Notes: generated from the sequence alone by a model not told the origin. 64,000 bases of DNA from Setoptus koraiensis (GCA_048013815.1 CM106586.1:17608001-17672000); one strand, 5' to 3'. Counted from the first letter of the stretch, positions 33,433 through 50,786 are shown. Made by a program: numbers and translations.

Positions 33433-34205
33433 AATTGAAAAAAAAAATGTCCAACAAAAGTCACAACATCTCAGAGAACGTATCAATGATCGAGACTAAT
33501 GAGCGATCCTGGAGAGATTCAACTCAGAACATATTTGAGACCGATAGGGATATTCTTAGGCAACTTCTAGACAACATCATTGTCTTTGTTTGTCATCTAT
33601 GTATGCTTGCTCCCCAACTATTTTCAAAGAAACGTTTTCTTATCCTCTTGTCACTGAGATCTTTCCTGTTGCAACTTTTAAGGTTGATAAGTTCTCGAAC
33701 AATGAATCGTCAGAGAATACGCATGAGCTTCTCATACGACGGACCACCTGGTGGTGATTTCGGATATTGTTGTTTATTTTTTTTTTATCGTGTCATCGTC
33801 TGCTTTTCAACTGTAGCAGGAGAGGATGCCGATTGGAATGGTGTCCTCTCGTCTTTCTCAATTGATTTTATTTGGTCCAATTGACTGATTTCTTATGAGC
33901 TTCGCCATGATTTAAATTTCTGATTACAATCCACTGAACAAACAAGCCAACAAGCAAGTAATTGAATCGCTACACTTCAGCCGAGTCATGCTATGCCTAT
34001 ATCACTAGATTATTATCTGAGCAAAACATATACTACTAGACCAGTTAGGATGCAGGAGAACAATTGCATAACCGAACCACTATAAGAGCATGGATCGCTC
34101 TGAACAACATAGCACAATGCGACATTCTGGATCCTCCTGCTATTACATCAGAGAATCAATTATCCAATTGTTTGTCAGAGTTGCGAAAAATAAAGAATAT
34201 CGACC

Positions 34206-35681
34206 ATGTCCATAAACGATATGCTCAATGATGACTGCCTTGAACTTATCTTGGCCGAACTATCCTATCTCGATAGATGCAATTGTGCCATGGTTTGCAA
34301 GCGATGGCGTGAAATAATCAACGGACAGAAGCGAAGATGTCATGTAGAAATGTGCCCCAAGTTCGAGGAAGATCCTCATCTATATGAAAGATTCATGAGG
34401 AAACGTCGATCTCATTGTACGTCATTAAGTGTAGCCTTTGAAGACTATCTCACATATCGAGAACACTTTGAAGTATTCTGGGAACTGTACGGGGCCGATC
34501 CCGATCTTCTTTTCAGGCTTGAGATAAACCTGTCGAATTTCAGAAAGCAAACATACGAATGCCATTGTGCTTTGCAGCAACCTAAGATGGCGGACAAGAG
34601 AAAATTCTCTAAAGTAGAGAGCCTTCAAATAGTATTTAGTCACGATCTTTGTCTATTATTTCTAGCAGATCTTATTGAATCGTGTCCAAACATAAAGCAT
34701 CTCAAAATCGATGGCATGTCTATTGACAATCATGTCTCTACCAATTTGCATGACCTACGTCCAAGATTTCAGACGCTGAATCATTTGGATCTATCAAGGG
34801 CATGTGGATCATTCAGTGAGCTCATTCGAGACAATCTAGATGGTTTATTGAGCATATCGGGTAATGAGGAAACTTACAAGGATCTGCTGATGTGTCAGAG
34901 AAAAATTAGAAAATTGCACTCCTTAAGCTTGATCATGATACACCCAAAGAGCAAAGAAGAAAAATATCCCCTACCGGAACTTGTCAGTCTGAACAACCTT
35001 CGCTTGGTCATGGGAAATGCAAAACTAAAGCCTATGGGCAATGGCTTGTTGACAAAGATTATGAATGTATTGCCATTCAAAGATGATAACAACGCAGATC
35101 GTATTGTCTTCATTATACCCGATGCGAAATTAACCCTAAAAAATGTCATACGCCACGAAGATCGTCTTGAAAGACTTCATCTGACAATACACTCCAGAGA
35201 CAAGATTGAATCCGATAGCTATATAGTAGATTTATCTAACGTTCTAGAATTTATCCCTAATTCCAGATGCTTCATCAGTTACAGTTTGGTTGTTACGCTA
35301 AGAGAGGAATCCGTGCACGACGTGAGCATCTCTGATGAGACAATCAGTTATCTCATATCCTTTAGTGATTGTTTCGATATATTGAGACTACCCATCAGAT
35401 TTGAGAGGAATATTGCCAAACTTAGATACCTACATGCCGAACTAAAGTCGCAGAAACGAAGCCTGACACTGGATATTCTACCTTTGTTTTCACAAACAAA
35501 GAGATGCCTTTCAGTTTCACTTGGCATAAATTCCCTAGACAAAATGGTTAAAGTATACGAGGGCACAGGGAACTCAGATCTGCCTCAAATCGTATATGGC
35601 ATTCTAAACAACAAGTTGTCGGACAATACTAACTTACGGATTTGGAGTAATTCAACACAAAATATGTTTCGGAACAGATAA
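34206..35681 (+). CDS. F-box/LRR-like protein, paralogue 2 (491 aa), intronless
   Basis: F-box INDMLNDDCLELILAEL..MVCKRWREII; shares blocks such as FWEL.GADPDL, FLADLI.SCP, GN.ETYKDLL.C and NGLLTKIM.VLPFK with paralogue 1. Confidence 0.88.
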   Translation: MSINDMLNDDCLELILAELSYLDRCNCAMVCKRWREIINGQKRRCHVEMCPKFEEDPHLYERFMRKRRSHCTSLSVAFEDYLTYREHFEVFWELYGADPDLLFRLEINLSNFRKQTYECHCALQQPKMADKRKFSKVESLQIVFSHDLCLLFLADLIESCPNIKHLKIDGMSIDNHVSTNLHDLRPRFQTLNHLDLSRACGSFSELIRDNLDGLLSISGNEETYKDLLMCQRKIRKLHSLSLIMIHPKSKEEKYPLPELVSLNNLRLVMGNAKLKPMGNGLLTKIMNVLPFKDDNNADRIVFIIPDAKLTLKNVIRHEDRLERLHLTIHSRDKIESDSYIVDLSNVLEFIPNSRCFISYSLVVTLREESVHDVSISDETISYLISFSDCFDILRLPIRFERNIAKLRYLHAELKSQKRSLTLDILPLFSQTKRCLSVSLGINSLDKMVKVYEGTGNSDLPQIVYGILNNKLSDNTNLRIWSNSTQNMFRNR

Positions 35682-35802
35682 TGTCAGATTTCACACATTT
35701 ATTCATTATGATTGATATGATAACCAATCTGCAGACTGTCTGTCGACAACAATCGCAAGAAATGATATCTCCAGTGTATCCTGCCTTTTTTGTGAGTACC
35801 AT

Positions 35803-36315
35803 TCATGTATTTTGGTTTGTATCTTCAGCCATAGACTCTTTCAAGCCCAAACATGGAAGTAGCTTAGGATCGTACAATGCCAAACGACTTATTAAATCGT
35901 CCCAATATTCGATTGTGACCCTTTCGTCAGCATCATCATCCTTCATCGATACATGGAAGCTTGCTGAAGGAATTATCTTTATTGAATCTCTATTGTATGC
36001 AGTTTTTTGATTCAATGCATGAATCAGGTTTCTACGGATTTTGTTAGCGATAATATCCACGGTCATGCACTTTTCTAGAGGAAGTCGACATTCAGCATCA
36101 TCAACATCCTTGGTTCCGTCTTTGTTAGATTTGGAATCTCCAGGTACCTGATGGTACTTTTCTGTTAGATCCCTCGAATGATTTTTCAAGTATTGCCCTA
36201 CACGGTACATGACTCTCTCACATTGAGCAGTGTCCTTGAAGATCACCCCAGTTGAACATTCAGTAACTAGCATAGTAATTAGAACAAAACTTGAGAGAAA
36301 ATTGACAAGATGCAT
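35803..36315 (-). CDS. Small secreted protein of unknown family (about 170 aa)
   Basis: The ATG at 36315 gives MHLVNFLSSFVLITMLVTECST, a signal-peptide-like N-terminus, followed by a hydrophilic body with four Cys. No family recognised. Confidence 0.65.
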   Translation of the reverse strand: MHLVNFLSSFVLITMLVTECSTGVIFKDTAQCERVMYRVGQYLKNHSRDLTEKYHQVPGDSKSNKDGTKDVDDAECRLPLEKCMTVDIIANKIRRNLIHALNQKTAYNRDSIKIIPSASFHVSMKDDDADERVTIEYWDDLISRLALYDPKLLPCLGLKESMAEDTNQNT

Positions 36316-36620
36316 GGTGTTCAGGTAATAAATCTGCAATCAATTTCGTTTTAGTAAAGTGAGTGACTCTATGGTAAACGTTTTTGACGATGTGCTTGAA
36401 TAACCACAGACTTTTTCAATGTTCTATAAATAAAGTTTTTTGAGTCGATTCTGTGTTGGAAAGGTTGAAACTTCTCGTGAATTCTAACAGTTTCCAGATT
36501 CTCTGACGTTGATATCTATTATATCTATCGTTAGTTAAATGTACATGATCAATCTAAACAGAGAGATTCGATTATGGATTGGCTTGGTTTCGAGGTCGAT
36601 GATTTTCGAAATCGCACCTT

Positions 36621-38342
36621 TCACTTTTTGAAAGACTTCAATATCAATTCGATAGAGTTTTTTTCTTCGTCGTTTACTATTTCATTTCTGTATTCCATCA
36701 TCTCGGTTGTGATAGACTTGTGGTGGTCATATCCTGAACGCATCGCCATTAATTTGAATAATCTTTTCTTGATTGTATTGTCACTATTAGAATCCTTAAT
36801 TTGATATACATCTGCCAGATAACTTATCAATACAATCATATAGTCTATGGTTCGCAGTGCGAATGAACTACCCGATTTAAAAGTGTCAGCGTCTTCTTCA
36901 TCTATTTGGCCAGAAGACAGTTCTTTCTGTAGCTTGGCTCTTTTGTCGACGTATTTCACGTGCAATTCAAATAGTCGATCGGTCTTTTCAAAATCTGAAT
37001 CGACGAATTTAAAGATAATACGTTGCAAAAACTCGTGATTTCTGCAATTTTTTAACAGCGCCAGCAGTATAGATATTGTATGTTCTTCGATTTCATCTAT
37101 CTTCGAGTGCAACTCTTTCTTTTTCACCAAAGGAGTTATGATCACCTTGGGGTTTAAAAATATAGGAAATAGTACCCTCAATCCGAGAATCTCGATGAAC
37201 CTCTCACAACATTTGATAATAGTTTCATTGTGGGATTGACCGCTGGAGGTTAATACATGATCAAAAAATTTTAAGGCCGACATTTTGATGTTTGAACCCA
37301 AGGCAACTTTCTTTTTTTCCTTCAGAATGAGATTTATCAATTCTACTCCCTCATCTTTGAGGAACAATTGACGGTTGCTCTCACACTCATAGATACATGT
37401 GCAGAGACATTCGAAGATATTCTCTAGATATTCATGCTCATCCGCGGTCACGGGAGCATGACGTTTGTAGTAAGCCAATTGCTGTAACAAGGTGTCAACA
37501 CCGTTGAGATCTCCTAATAACACTCTATTATCTTTCTCATTCAAAAGTAGAATGGATAGTAGTTCTGAGGCATAATGTTTGTTTGCATCGTAAGGAATGC
37601 GGGCCTTCATTTTCTTGAGCAACCAATTCATAAGTTGACTGCCAGATGATTTCGCCAGGCCAGGATTATAATCTAAGAGATTCTCAAGGATAGATAGAGA
37701 GTTGTTGATACCTTGTGATTCTTCTTTTGTTTCCTCTTTCAGTCTATTTAGATTCGAGACAAGCTGATCAATAACATTGTGCTCTAGCAGTTGATTGATG
37801 AGAGGTTCAAAATCGCTGGAGTCTTCCATGGAGTCTATATCCGTGTATTCTTGTAAAATACTAACAATTTTACAGGATATGTCAGTGTTTTCATGAGAGA
37901 GAAGATTGATAAACTGAGCGATCACTCCTTTTTCTAGGAGAATACTAAACAAATGCGGTTGAGTAGCCAATCCTTGCAATTTATCTAATGCTGCAAACAA
38001 TTCCGTCTCAGATTCAATGAATTTAGTTGGTTCGTCTTGATATTTTATTCTGAGTTGTTGATTCTCGACAACCTTTTTATCAAACTGAGCTATGAGACGT
38101 CTCAAATTTGCCTCGTCCAAATCTAGAGTCGTTTGGTCGGGTAAAGCTGGTCCTACTTCATCGTTGGCACTATCCTCATCATGCTCTGTCTTGATCTGGC
38201 GCGTGGAGGTTCCTGAGGGATGATCATATTCCGAATACTGGCTAACTTTATGTCGCTTGCTAACAGAGCTCTGGCTGAATTCCGCGCTATTGCCGGGCTC
38301 CCTTTTCATCTTGTTTTTTATCAGCATGTCCTCAAAGTCCAT
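36621..38342 (-). CDS. CTNNBL1: Beta-catenin-like protein 1 (spliceosome PRP19 complex), 573 aa, intronless
   Basis: NQQLRIKYQDEPTKFIESETELF, LLSHENTDISCKIV, YDANKHYASELLSILL, GVDTLLQQLAYYKRH, EYLENIFECLC, GLRVLFPIF. Confidence 0.95.
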   Translation of the reverse strand: MDFEDMLIKNKMKREPGNSAEFSQSSVSKRHKVSQYSEYDHPSGTSTRQIKTEHDEDSANDEVGPALPDQTTLDLDEANLRRLIAQFDKKVVENQQLRIKYQDEPTKFIESETELFAALDKLQGLATQPHLFSILLEKGVIAQFINLLSHENTDISCKIVSILQEYTDIDSMEDSSDFEPLINQLLEHNVIDQLVSNLNRLKEETKEESQGINNSLSILENLLDYNPGLAKSSGSQLMNWLLKKMKARIPYDANKHYASELLSILLLNEKDNRVLLGDLNGVDTLLQQLAYYKRHAPVTADEHEYLENIFECLCTCIYECESNRQLFLKDEGVELINLILKEKKKVALGSNIKMSALKFFDHVLTSSGQSHNETIIKCCERFIEILGLRVLFPIFLNPKVIITPLVKKKELHSKIDEIEEHTISILLALLKNCRNHEFLQRIIFKFVDSDFEKTDRLFELHVKYVDKRAKLQKELSSGQIDEEDADTFKSGSSFALRTIDYMIVLISYLADVYQIKDSNSDNTIKKRLFKLMAMRSGYDHHKSITTEMMEYRNEIVNDEEKNSIELILKSFKK

Positions 38343-39625
38343 CTTTGCTTTTATAATCTTAGACTATTCTATAACAATCTAGTAATCGAATGAGTATTGT
38401 TGCTTACTATGTTCACTGATCCTCGAACACGAATGTATTTCAAAACAAAAACACGCCAAAACTGATCACATGTTTTCTATTTTTATTTGATGCGTGGGAT
38501 GAATATCCTGCGCAATTCCTTCTGTGCGTCTGTGCTTATCTTCCCAAATGTAACCATTATAACAGTTACATCATAATCTAATGGCATTCATGTCACTGAA
38601 TTGATAGCAAATCGTGATAAGTGTTTATTGTAACTTCATGCATCCATACTGTACCATGGTCGATCAGATCTCGGACATCATTTTATCACTTGCAATTGCA
38701 ATTTAGCACACAGTTACTATGGGCAAGATGTACCATAGTCCTACTTGTTGAGCAATTCTTGCTCGGCGAAGAGCCTCTATCCACTAGTCATCTTCATTAA
38801 CATGACAACCAGGTTGTAATATGTCGTTTTCACTAGATGAACCAAAACCAAAAATTGTTGTTGGTGTGGCAGAGTTTGACTGAGACTTTGCGATGCTAAA
38901 ATCGTCTACAGCGTGGCGCTGCCAGTCATTGCCAGCCAAATTGTGCCAAACATTCAGGGTGATTTCATTTTGAAACTCGCAGTTGCATCAAGTCAAAGGC
39001 GGACGTGTATGGTCTTGCAACATTTGAACTTTATCAGAAATTAGTGTCGTCTTGAAGACAAAATTGGTCCAACACCCTGTCGAAGTTTTGGCAATGGGGT
39101 ATTGCGTGTGCGGCGTTTATACTCAACACGACCTTTCTATGCTTCAGCTAGATATCGAGCGTTGCGCACCTAGCGTCGGGAAACCTCTACCATGTTGTTG
39201 CTGTTTTTGTTCGCTACGTTCAAAGGTCTTTCGCGTGCATGAAACGGGGATGAAAGAGGGAAAATGCCACATTTATTTTTTTAATTCGCGAAACTCTGTT
39301 GTATCGAAAATCATTTTTATCAGAGGCATTGAAAAAAATATTTCATCATACTATAATATGCTTGCCCCTAAGCTATCCAATTAAATAGAATGACCAGACA
39401 GAAAATATCATACATTACTCAACTCTTATCAACCATAAACATCTGTTTTTCATCCCAAGGAAAATCAACATCGACACAAGGATTCCACTCAAGAGTTTTG
39501 GATTTTTAATACTTTCATTTTATTATTCATCTATTTTAATATCATGAGATATAATATAAAGTCTTCCCCGAAATATACATCTGCGATTCATCCTTAACTA
39601 CCTTGCTCATATAAACAAATTGACC

Positions 39626-40550
39626 ATGACGAACAGACCTATTGAGGCCAAAGTAGTACTGATAGGATCTAATGGTTAGTATATGGCAACTTCTAAGCCT
39701 TACTTAGCCCTGTTCGACTCCAAGATTATTAGAGGCCATCACTGATTTCTAACCACTTTGTTAATCACGCAGGCGTCGGAAAGAGTAGCATCATACAACG
39801 ATACCTGAGCAATCGTTTCACGCCAATCATGTCGCCAACTATTGGAGCTTCCTATTTCACACAAAACTTGTAAGCGATGATACCCTATGACATGAGTTCC
39901 TATTTCAGCAACCTGTCTCATACAAGCCAACTGATTAAAAGATTTACCAAATTATTCTTTTAGAGTCATAGACGAGCAACTAGTCCGATTGAACATTTGG
40001 GATACTGGAGGCCAAGAAAGATTCAGAGCAATGAGTCCCATTTACTACAGGAATGCTAGTGCAGCCATTGTTGTTTATGATCTGACTTCCCATGAGAGCT
40101 TTCTAGCATTACGAGAATGGATCAAAGGTATGCCAATTCTCTTCCTCATCTTTGTTTTACGCTGTTAGTAATAGCCAACATTTGTCATCATGAATATTTA
40201 TTATGTTTTTATTCACCTCATATTCAAATCGATCAGAATTGATTGTTAATGTTGGCGGCTCTGTTTTTCTAACTATTGTGGGAAACAAAAGCGATCTTCC
40301 CCATAGACAAGTTAGCCTAGGCGAGGGCGACAAGTTGGCTCTTGAATATAACGCCAAGCACTTTGAGTCGTCAGCTTTGACCGCACAGAACATACCGGAA
40401 ATATTTAAGAATATTGCAAATCAAATTGTTGTGAATAGTTCAGGAGGTGATAGTGCCAATGAAAGAAGATTAAACAAAGGTTACCTATCGGTGTGTGAGA
40501 AACAACCATATGACGCAGATAGGACTACCAGGAGATGGGGCTGTTGCTGA
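39626..40550 (+). CDS. RabX1: Rab5-family small GTPase, RabX1-like; exons 39626-39674, 39773-39869, 39964-40127 and 40237-40550
   Basis: The spliced product reads MTNRPIEAKVVLIGSNGVGKSS..TIGASY..WDTGGQERFRAMSPIYYRNASAA..VGNKSD..ESSALT..WGCC; all three introns are GT-AG and phase-consistent; CC prenylation tail. The RabX1 assignment is from remembered N-terminal similarity. Confidence 0.88.
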
Positions 40551-42612
40551 AGTGACCTCATCAGACAAAGAAGACTCAAGGACGCATGGCAAAACTGCCA
40601 TCAGAGGACAAGGACCATAAATCATCATAGCTCGGTCCAGCAATTTTAACTCTAGTTTATTCATCTCGAGAGAATACAGGTAGCTCTCACATTACCGTTT
40701 GAGTTCAGTCTTTCATGACAAAACAGTTACCATCATTTGTAGCCGAGTACTACCCAAGATTAACATTCGGACTTTGTGATGCTTTTGTGATCAGTCACTG
40801 CATCGAACCGCCATCAGGGTGGCCAGATTTGAAATTATCACATTAGACTATAGCAAAGACCAAGAGAGAACAGAGAGTGAAGTGAAGTGAAGTGAGTTGC
40901 ACGTCAACTCGGACACGGAATTCCAAGTTTGCTTCCGTTCATATCAGAAGCCTGACATCTACATCGCGTTACCTGTTGCATAATCGTCATTATCATAGTT
41001 ATTTTTCTTTTTAAAGTTAGGTTTATGTTTGACGACATTGATGATTGACCTCATCTGATACTACCCTGTACTTAGTCACACTGTTATGTCAACGTAATAA
41101 AGAAAATACATTACTTTTTATAACCATCACCACGTAAACTGCCATTTGGCCATCACATAATCAACAGGTTGTGTGTGTGCGTGTGTGTGTGTTGAACCTG
41201 TTGAATAACGATCATTCATTCAAAGCGACACAGGTATGACTAGGACGAGTGTGTGGCTATGACAAACCGGAAGTTGGAAAATATTCGATTGGATGAGCAC
41301 ACACAAGTAAGCGAATGTTGTTGCCGGGCATAATGGCGTGCAGTTACTGCAGCAGTAGGATACGATTCGCTGTACTGTGGCTGGGTCTGACTTTCTTGTG
41401 TTTCTTATCTGCCCCTTGTGTGTGTGTGTGTGTCCTGTTTCATGTGCCCTCGATACACATAGTGCAAACGTGAGCGGCACAGTTTATACAATGTTTTTTT
41501 CGCTGCCGCTGAACAACAGAACCCAACTTTTGCTGCACTGCGTTAGCATAAGCGAGAGAGCGCGCGCAAACGCACGCGGGCACAGTAATGATGACGTTTT
41601 GCGGGCCACTGTTATGCATGCGTATTCGCGAATATCAGTTCACGGCATGAACTTCATGGACAACAATGTGTGTGTGTGTGTGTGTGTGTGCGCTGAGGAT
41701 GGTGCGCTTTCACAAGTCGCACCATCTTCTATAGCAACAATTCGACATTCCGCCGGCCGCCGCCGCACACACTCACTGTGACACAGATCAATTAGTGGAG
41801 ATAGTGGCACTGAAAGTGAGTTGCGCCGACTGGTGTGATTTGGGTTCGTTCGCTGGTGTCCAGCTCACTGTGAGCTGCTCACACCGTGTGTCACACAGCT
41901 GCCCGCGAGTCACCGAGCGCTGGTATTGGTTGGTGCTGGTGGTGCGTTGCGTAGGGAGTTGTGGCCAATATGAGCGGTAGGGTAGCGGCGGCGGCGGCGG
42001 CGGCGACTGGTTAGCAAGCGGGTTGCCCGAGAACGAACGAGCGAATCCGGCGCAGCGCCGCCGCTCACGCCGGTCGCAATGGTAAAAGTGCCCACGGTGC
42101 GGACATACCAACCGCGAGTGGGAGCTCGGGCCAGCGTCGCCGTAATCGGTGCGACGGCTGCAATCGCTGCAACGCTAGCAGCCATAATAGTGATAGTTAT
42201 ATATTATTATATATTATATTATATGGTTATAGCAGCAGCAGCAGCAGTGTTAGTATAGTTTTGTAGCAGTACTTTCATAAACGCTGCCGCTGCTGCTGCT
42301 GCATGCAGGCATCAGTATAAACACGCACCAACAACAACTAGACGCAATCTGCAAATATTGCCCGTCTGTCCGTCTGTTCGTGCGTCCGTCTAACAGCGTA
42401 AGTGTGCGCCAGCGGCACGACGACTGGCTCAGGGGGCTGCAGGGGGGGGGGGAGGGGCGCAAAACTGGAGAGCAACAGCACTCCTGCTGCCTGCTGCTCC
42501 ATGCAGCTTGTTTATAGACATACTCACACACGCACACACAAACAGAGCGAGGGAATATCAGCAGCAGCAGCGGCAGCAGCAGAATCAGCCAATAGAAGTA
42601 GCAGTCATATGA

Positions 42613-42622
42613 ATTTGGCGCC
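42613..42622 (+). promoter_or_regulatory. E2F-type site TTTGGCGCC upstream of the E2F gene (possible autoregulation)
   Basis: Motif match only (TTTSSCGC). Confidence 0.25.
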
Positions 42623-43262
42623 TAGTGTGCGCAGCACAAAGGCTCCACTCTATTCCGGCCTGATAGTATTTTAATTTTTAAATCAACAACAAAAGTGTTG
42701 CTGGTTCATTGCGACCCCCACCACCAGATTATTCACTGTGTGTGGGTGCCACGCTATTATTAGTTAATTAATCCACTCATCCAATCAATCTTACCAATAA
42801 CAATCACAAACAAAAGTAACTCTCTCTCTCTCTCTCGCTCGCTCCTCTCCACTCTCTCCTCTCTGCCTCTGACTGTGTCTTTAATCTTGCCCATCCCCAC
42901 CCCCGAAAAAATACATCCACACTATTGACTGAACACACTCCTACCGAGAAAGTGAGAAACTGGGAGAGCGAGACACAGAGACGGAGGCAGGGAGTGTGTG
43001 TAGTTGTTGTAGAGAGTTGTTGTTTTTGTTGTTTTGTGACAAAAGACATCATCATCATCATCATCTTTGATCGATACCGGTACCACTACTAGTTAAATGC
43101 GCTTGCAATACATATGCAACTACGCAGACGCCCAGCAACAACAACAACAATAAGCAATTTGCGTAAGCCAACCCAAACTATAACTATCACTATTAAAGAG
43201 CAAACAATAGCAACTACCATTTACAGGCAATCCACCTGGGGCCCAGTCACACCGCCAGAGAC

Positions 43263-44153
43263 ATGGATCAGCAGCCTCGTCACAAGACGAGCCTCACATA
43301 TCTCACGGAGAGATTCATAGAGCTTCTGGAGAAGACACCCGATGGACTCGTTGATCTTAACAATGCCTCAAAAGTGTTAGATGTTAAAAAGCGTAGAATA
43401 TATGACATTACCAATGTATTAGAAGGTATTGGTATATTACATAAGACATCTAAAAATACTATTCAGAGGAAAGTTACTACACAAACGCCATCGCCAGAAT
43501 CACAACAAAAAACATTATTAGAGATAGAGACGTTACAAAATACTGATAAGATGCTGGATGAAAAAATTAAAACCATTGAACAGGAGGTTCATTCAGAACT
43601 ATTGTCAGACGATTCATTGTTTGTTACTTATCAAGATATTAAGCGATTCTTTAATGATCAGACGGTTATAGCTGTCAAGGCGCCTCCTGACACACGATTG
43701 GAAGTCAATGAAAAATTGCAAATCTGGATGAAGAGTCATCACGGAGAGATTGAAGTTTATCTATGCCCCAACGACTACTCATCCCATCTTCAACAGCAAC
43801 AACAGCAACAATTACAACAACTGCAACAGCAACAGCAGTTACAATTACAACACCAGAAACAACCAACTCCACCACCTTCTCTTACACCGCAGCAGCAGAG
43901 ACAATACACTAATCATCAAGCTATCAGTGTTGATGAGGGTAGAGGGATATCTGTCGTATCTAGCATAGAAGACCAAAATTACACTACTGATCCTACCTTG
44001 TCATCTGCCTTAAACATTCACGAAGACGATGATCCTTTGATATGCGGGAAGTTCTTGCCCTTTGAAGCCCGCGATGAAACAGAATATAACTTCGCACTCG
44101 ATGAATCCGAAACTATTGGGTCATTATTTGATGATTCTTCTATTCTATTTTAA
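43263..44153 (+). CDS. E2F: E2F transcription factor (E2F1-3-like), 296 aa, intronless CDS
   Basis: DNA-binding domain [29 protein letters not shown]; marked box [28 protein letters not shown]; C-terminal Rb-binding-like [17 protein letters not shown]. Confidence 0.95.
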   Translation: MDQQPRHKTSLTYLTERFIELLEKTPDGLVDLNNASKVLDVKKRRIYDITNVLEGIGILHKTSKNTIQRKVTTQTPSPESQQKTLLEIETLQNTDKMLDEKIKTIEQEVHSELLSDDSLFVTYQDIKRFFNDQTVIAVKAPPDTRLEVNEKLQIWMKSHHGEIEVYLCPNDYSSHLQQQQQQQLQQLQQQQQLQLQHQKQPTPPPSLTPQQQRQYTNHQAISVDEGRGISVVSSIEDQNYTTDPTLSSALNIHEDDDPLICGKFLPFEARDETEYNFALDESETIGSLFDDSSILF

Positions 44154-44424
44154 AAAAAAACATGTAATATATACATAGTCTTAACAATATAACGCATACA
44201 TACAATTGCCCATAATATTTATCAATTATAAATTTTACAAAAAAGAGTTCAGGAGTTCTCTCGTGAGTTGTCATATTATTTGATCCACCTACATTCCAAC
44301 AAATCATCGAGATGAGGGTCTTAAAGTGATGAGGTGCACATCTTCTTCCTAAGGTTTTCTATGTATTGCACAGTAGAAATTTATTCGTACAAAAAAAAAA
44401 TCATTGACTTGTCTTCAGCGAAGA

Positions 44425-49560
<5,136 letters not shown>

Positions 49561-50018
49561 TCATGAGGGAATCTCAATTTCGTTGATGTGAGCATGTATG
49601 AATCTAATAAATAACGTTTCAAGAGTGAACTGGATGATGATATCCGCAGTGTAGAGGCCTGTATTTCTCTAAGGTCTTAGTTTTGAAGACTAGAAGGTTT
49701 CGATTTAATAAAATGCATAGGTTTTGTGTACCCGATGAGACGGAATGTGTTAGCATTGAGAAAAAAAAAGATGCGGTGAAAGCCACAAATCGCGCCAAAT
49801 TCAAAGCTGAAGTTGCGCCAAAACACCAGGAATGCTCTTGCGAGAGGAAAGACAATAGAGCGCCAGCGTTTTCGAGGCATGTGAATGAAAGCGAAGAGCT
49901 ACAGGCAAAATTGAGGAGTGTCGAGATTTTTAAGTTTTAGTTATAGTGGCATATTTTATTGAAATTAAATAGGTAAAAACAACCGTAGGCTCTATATTTC
50001 ACATATATTTACAGATAT

Positions 50019-50034
50019 GGCCCTTAGAAGGGCC
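50019..50034 (-). terminator. Replication-dependent histone mRNA 3' stem-loop
   Basis: The minus strand reads AAAC-GGCCCT-TCTA-AGGGCC-ATA, 71 nt downstream of the H3 stop; fits a 6-bp stem with a UYUN loop. Confidence 0.9.
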
Positions 50035-50105
50035 GTTTGATACTATTTGTCTTGAATGGGTACACTGTTACTCCATAGTCTATAACTTTAAGGTGGTCAA
50101 CTCAA

Positions 50106-50570
<465 letters not shown>

Positions 50571-50662
50571 CTAACTTAATAGTATTTGGTGTTGAGTCTC
50601 TAGGAGGTGTTAACTGCACAAGTTATTATCGGAGAATGTGACCAGAGAAACATAGCGGCTTC

Positions 50663-50670
50663 TATTTATA
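50663..50670 (-). promoter_or_regulatory. TATA box of the H3 gene (TATAAATA)
   Basis: Minus-strand TATAAATAG about 150 bp upstream of the H3 ATG. Confidence 0.55.
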
Positions 50671-50786
50671 CCACTGGTATTGCGCGCTCATGCCAATGTT
50701 AGTCACACAACAATTGTAAAAGTGCGCTCGATGTGCAAACGAGTGCACTCGTGTGTTGGCGCGTCACGCATGCGCCCCACATGTTG

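Noticed and set aside
32796-33464. 222-aa minus-strand ORF and similar antisense ORFs (e.g. 25165-25983, 45398-45739, 53889-54170)
   Set aside because: Antisense shadows of well-supported genes on the other strand.
49791-49822. Two E2F-like sites (CGCGCCAAA, GCGCCAAA) between WDR7 and the H3 3' end
   Set aside because: Motif match only, and WDR7 is not an expected E2F target; not enough to call.
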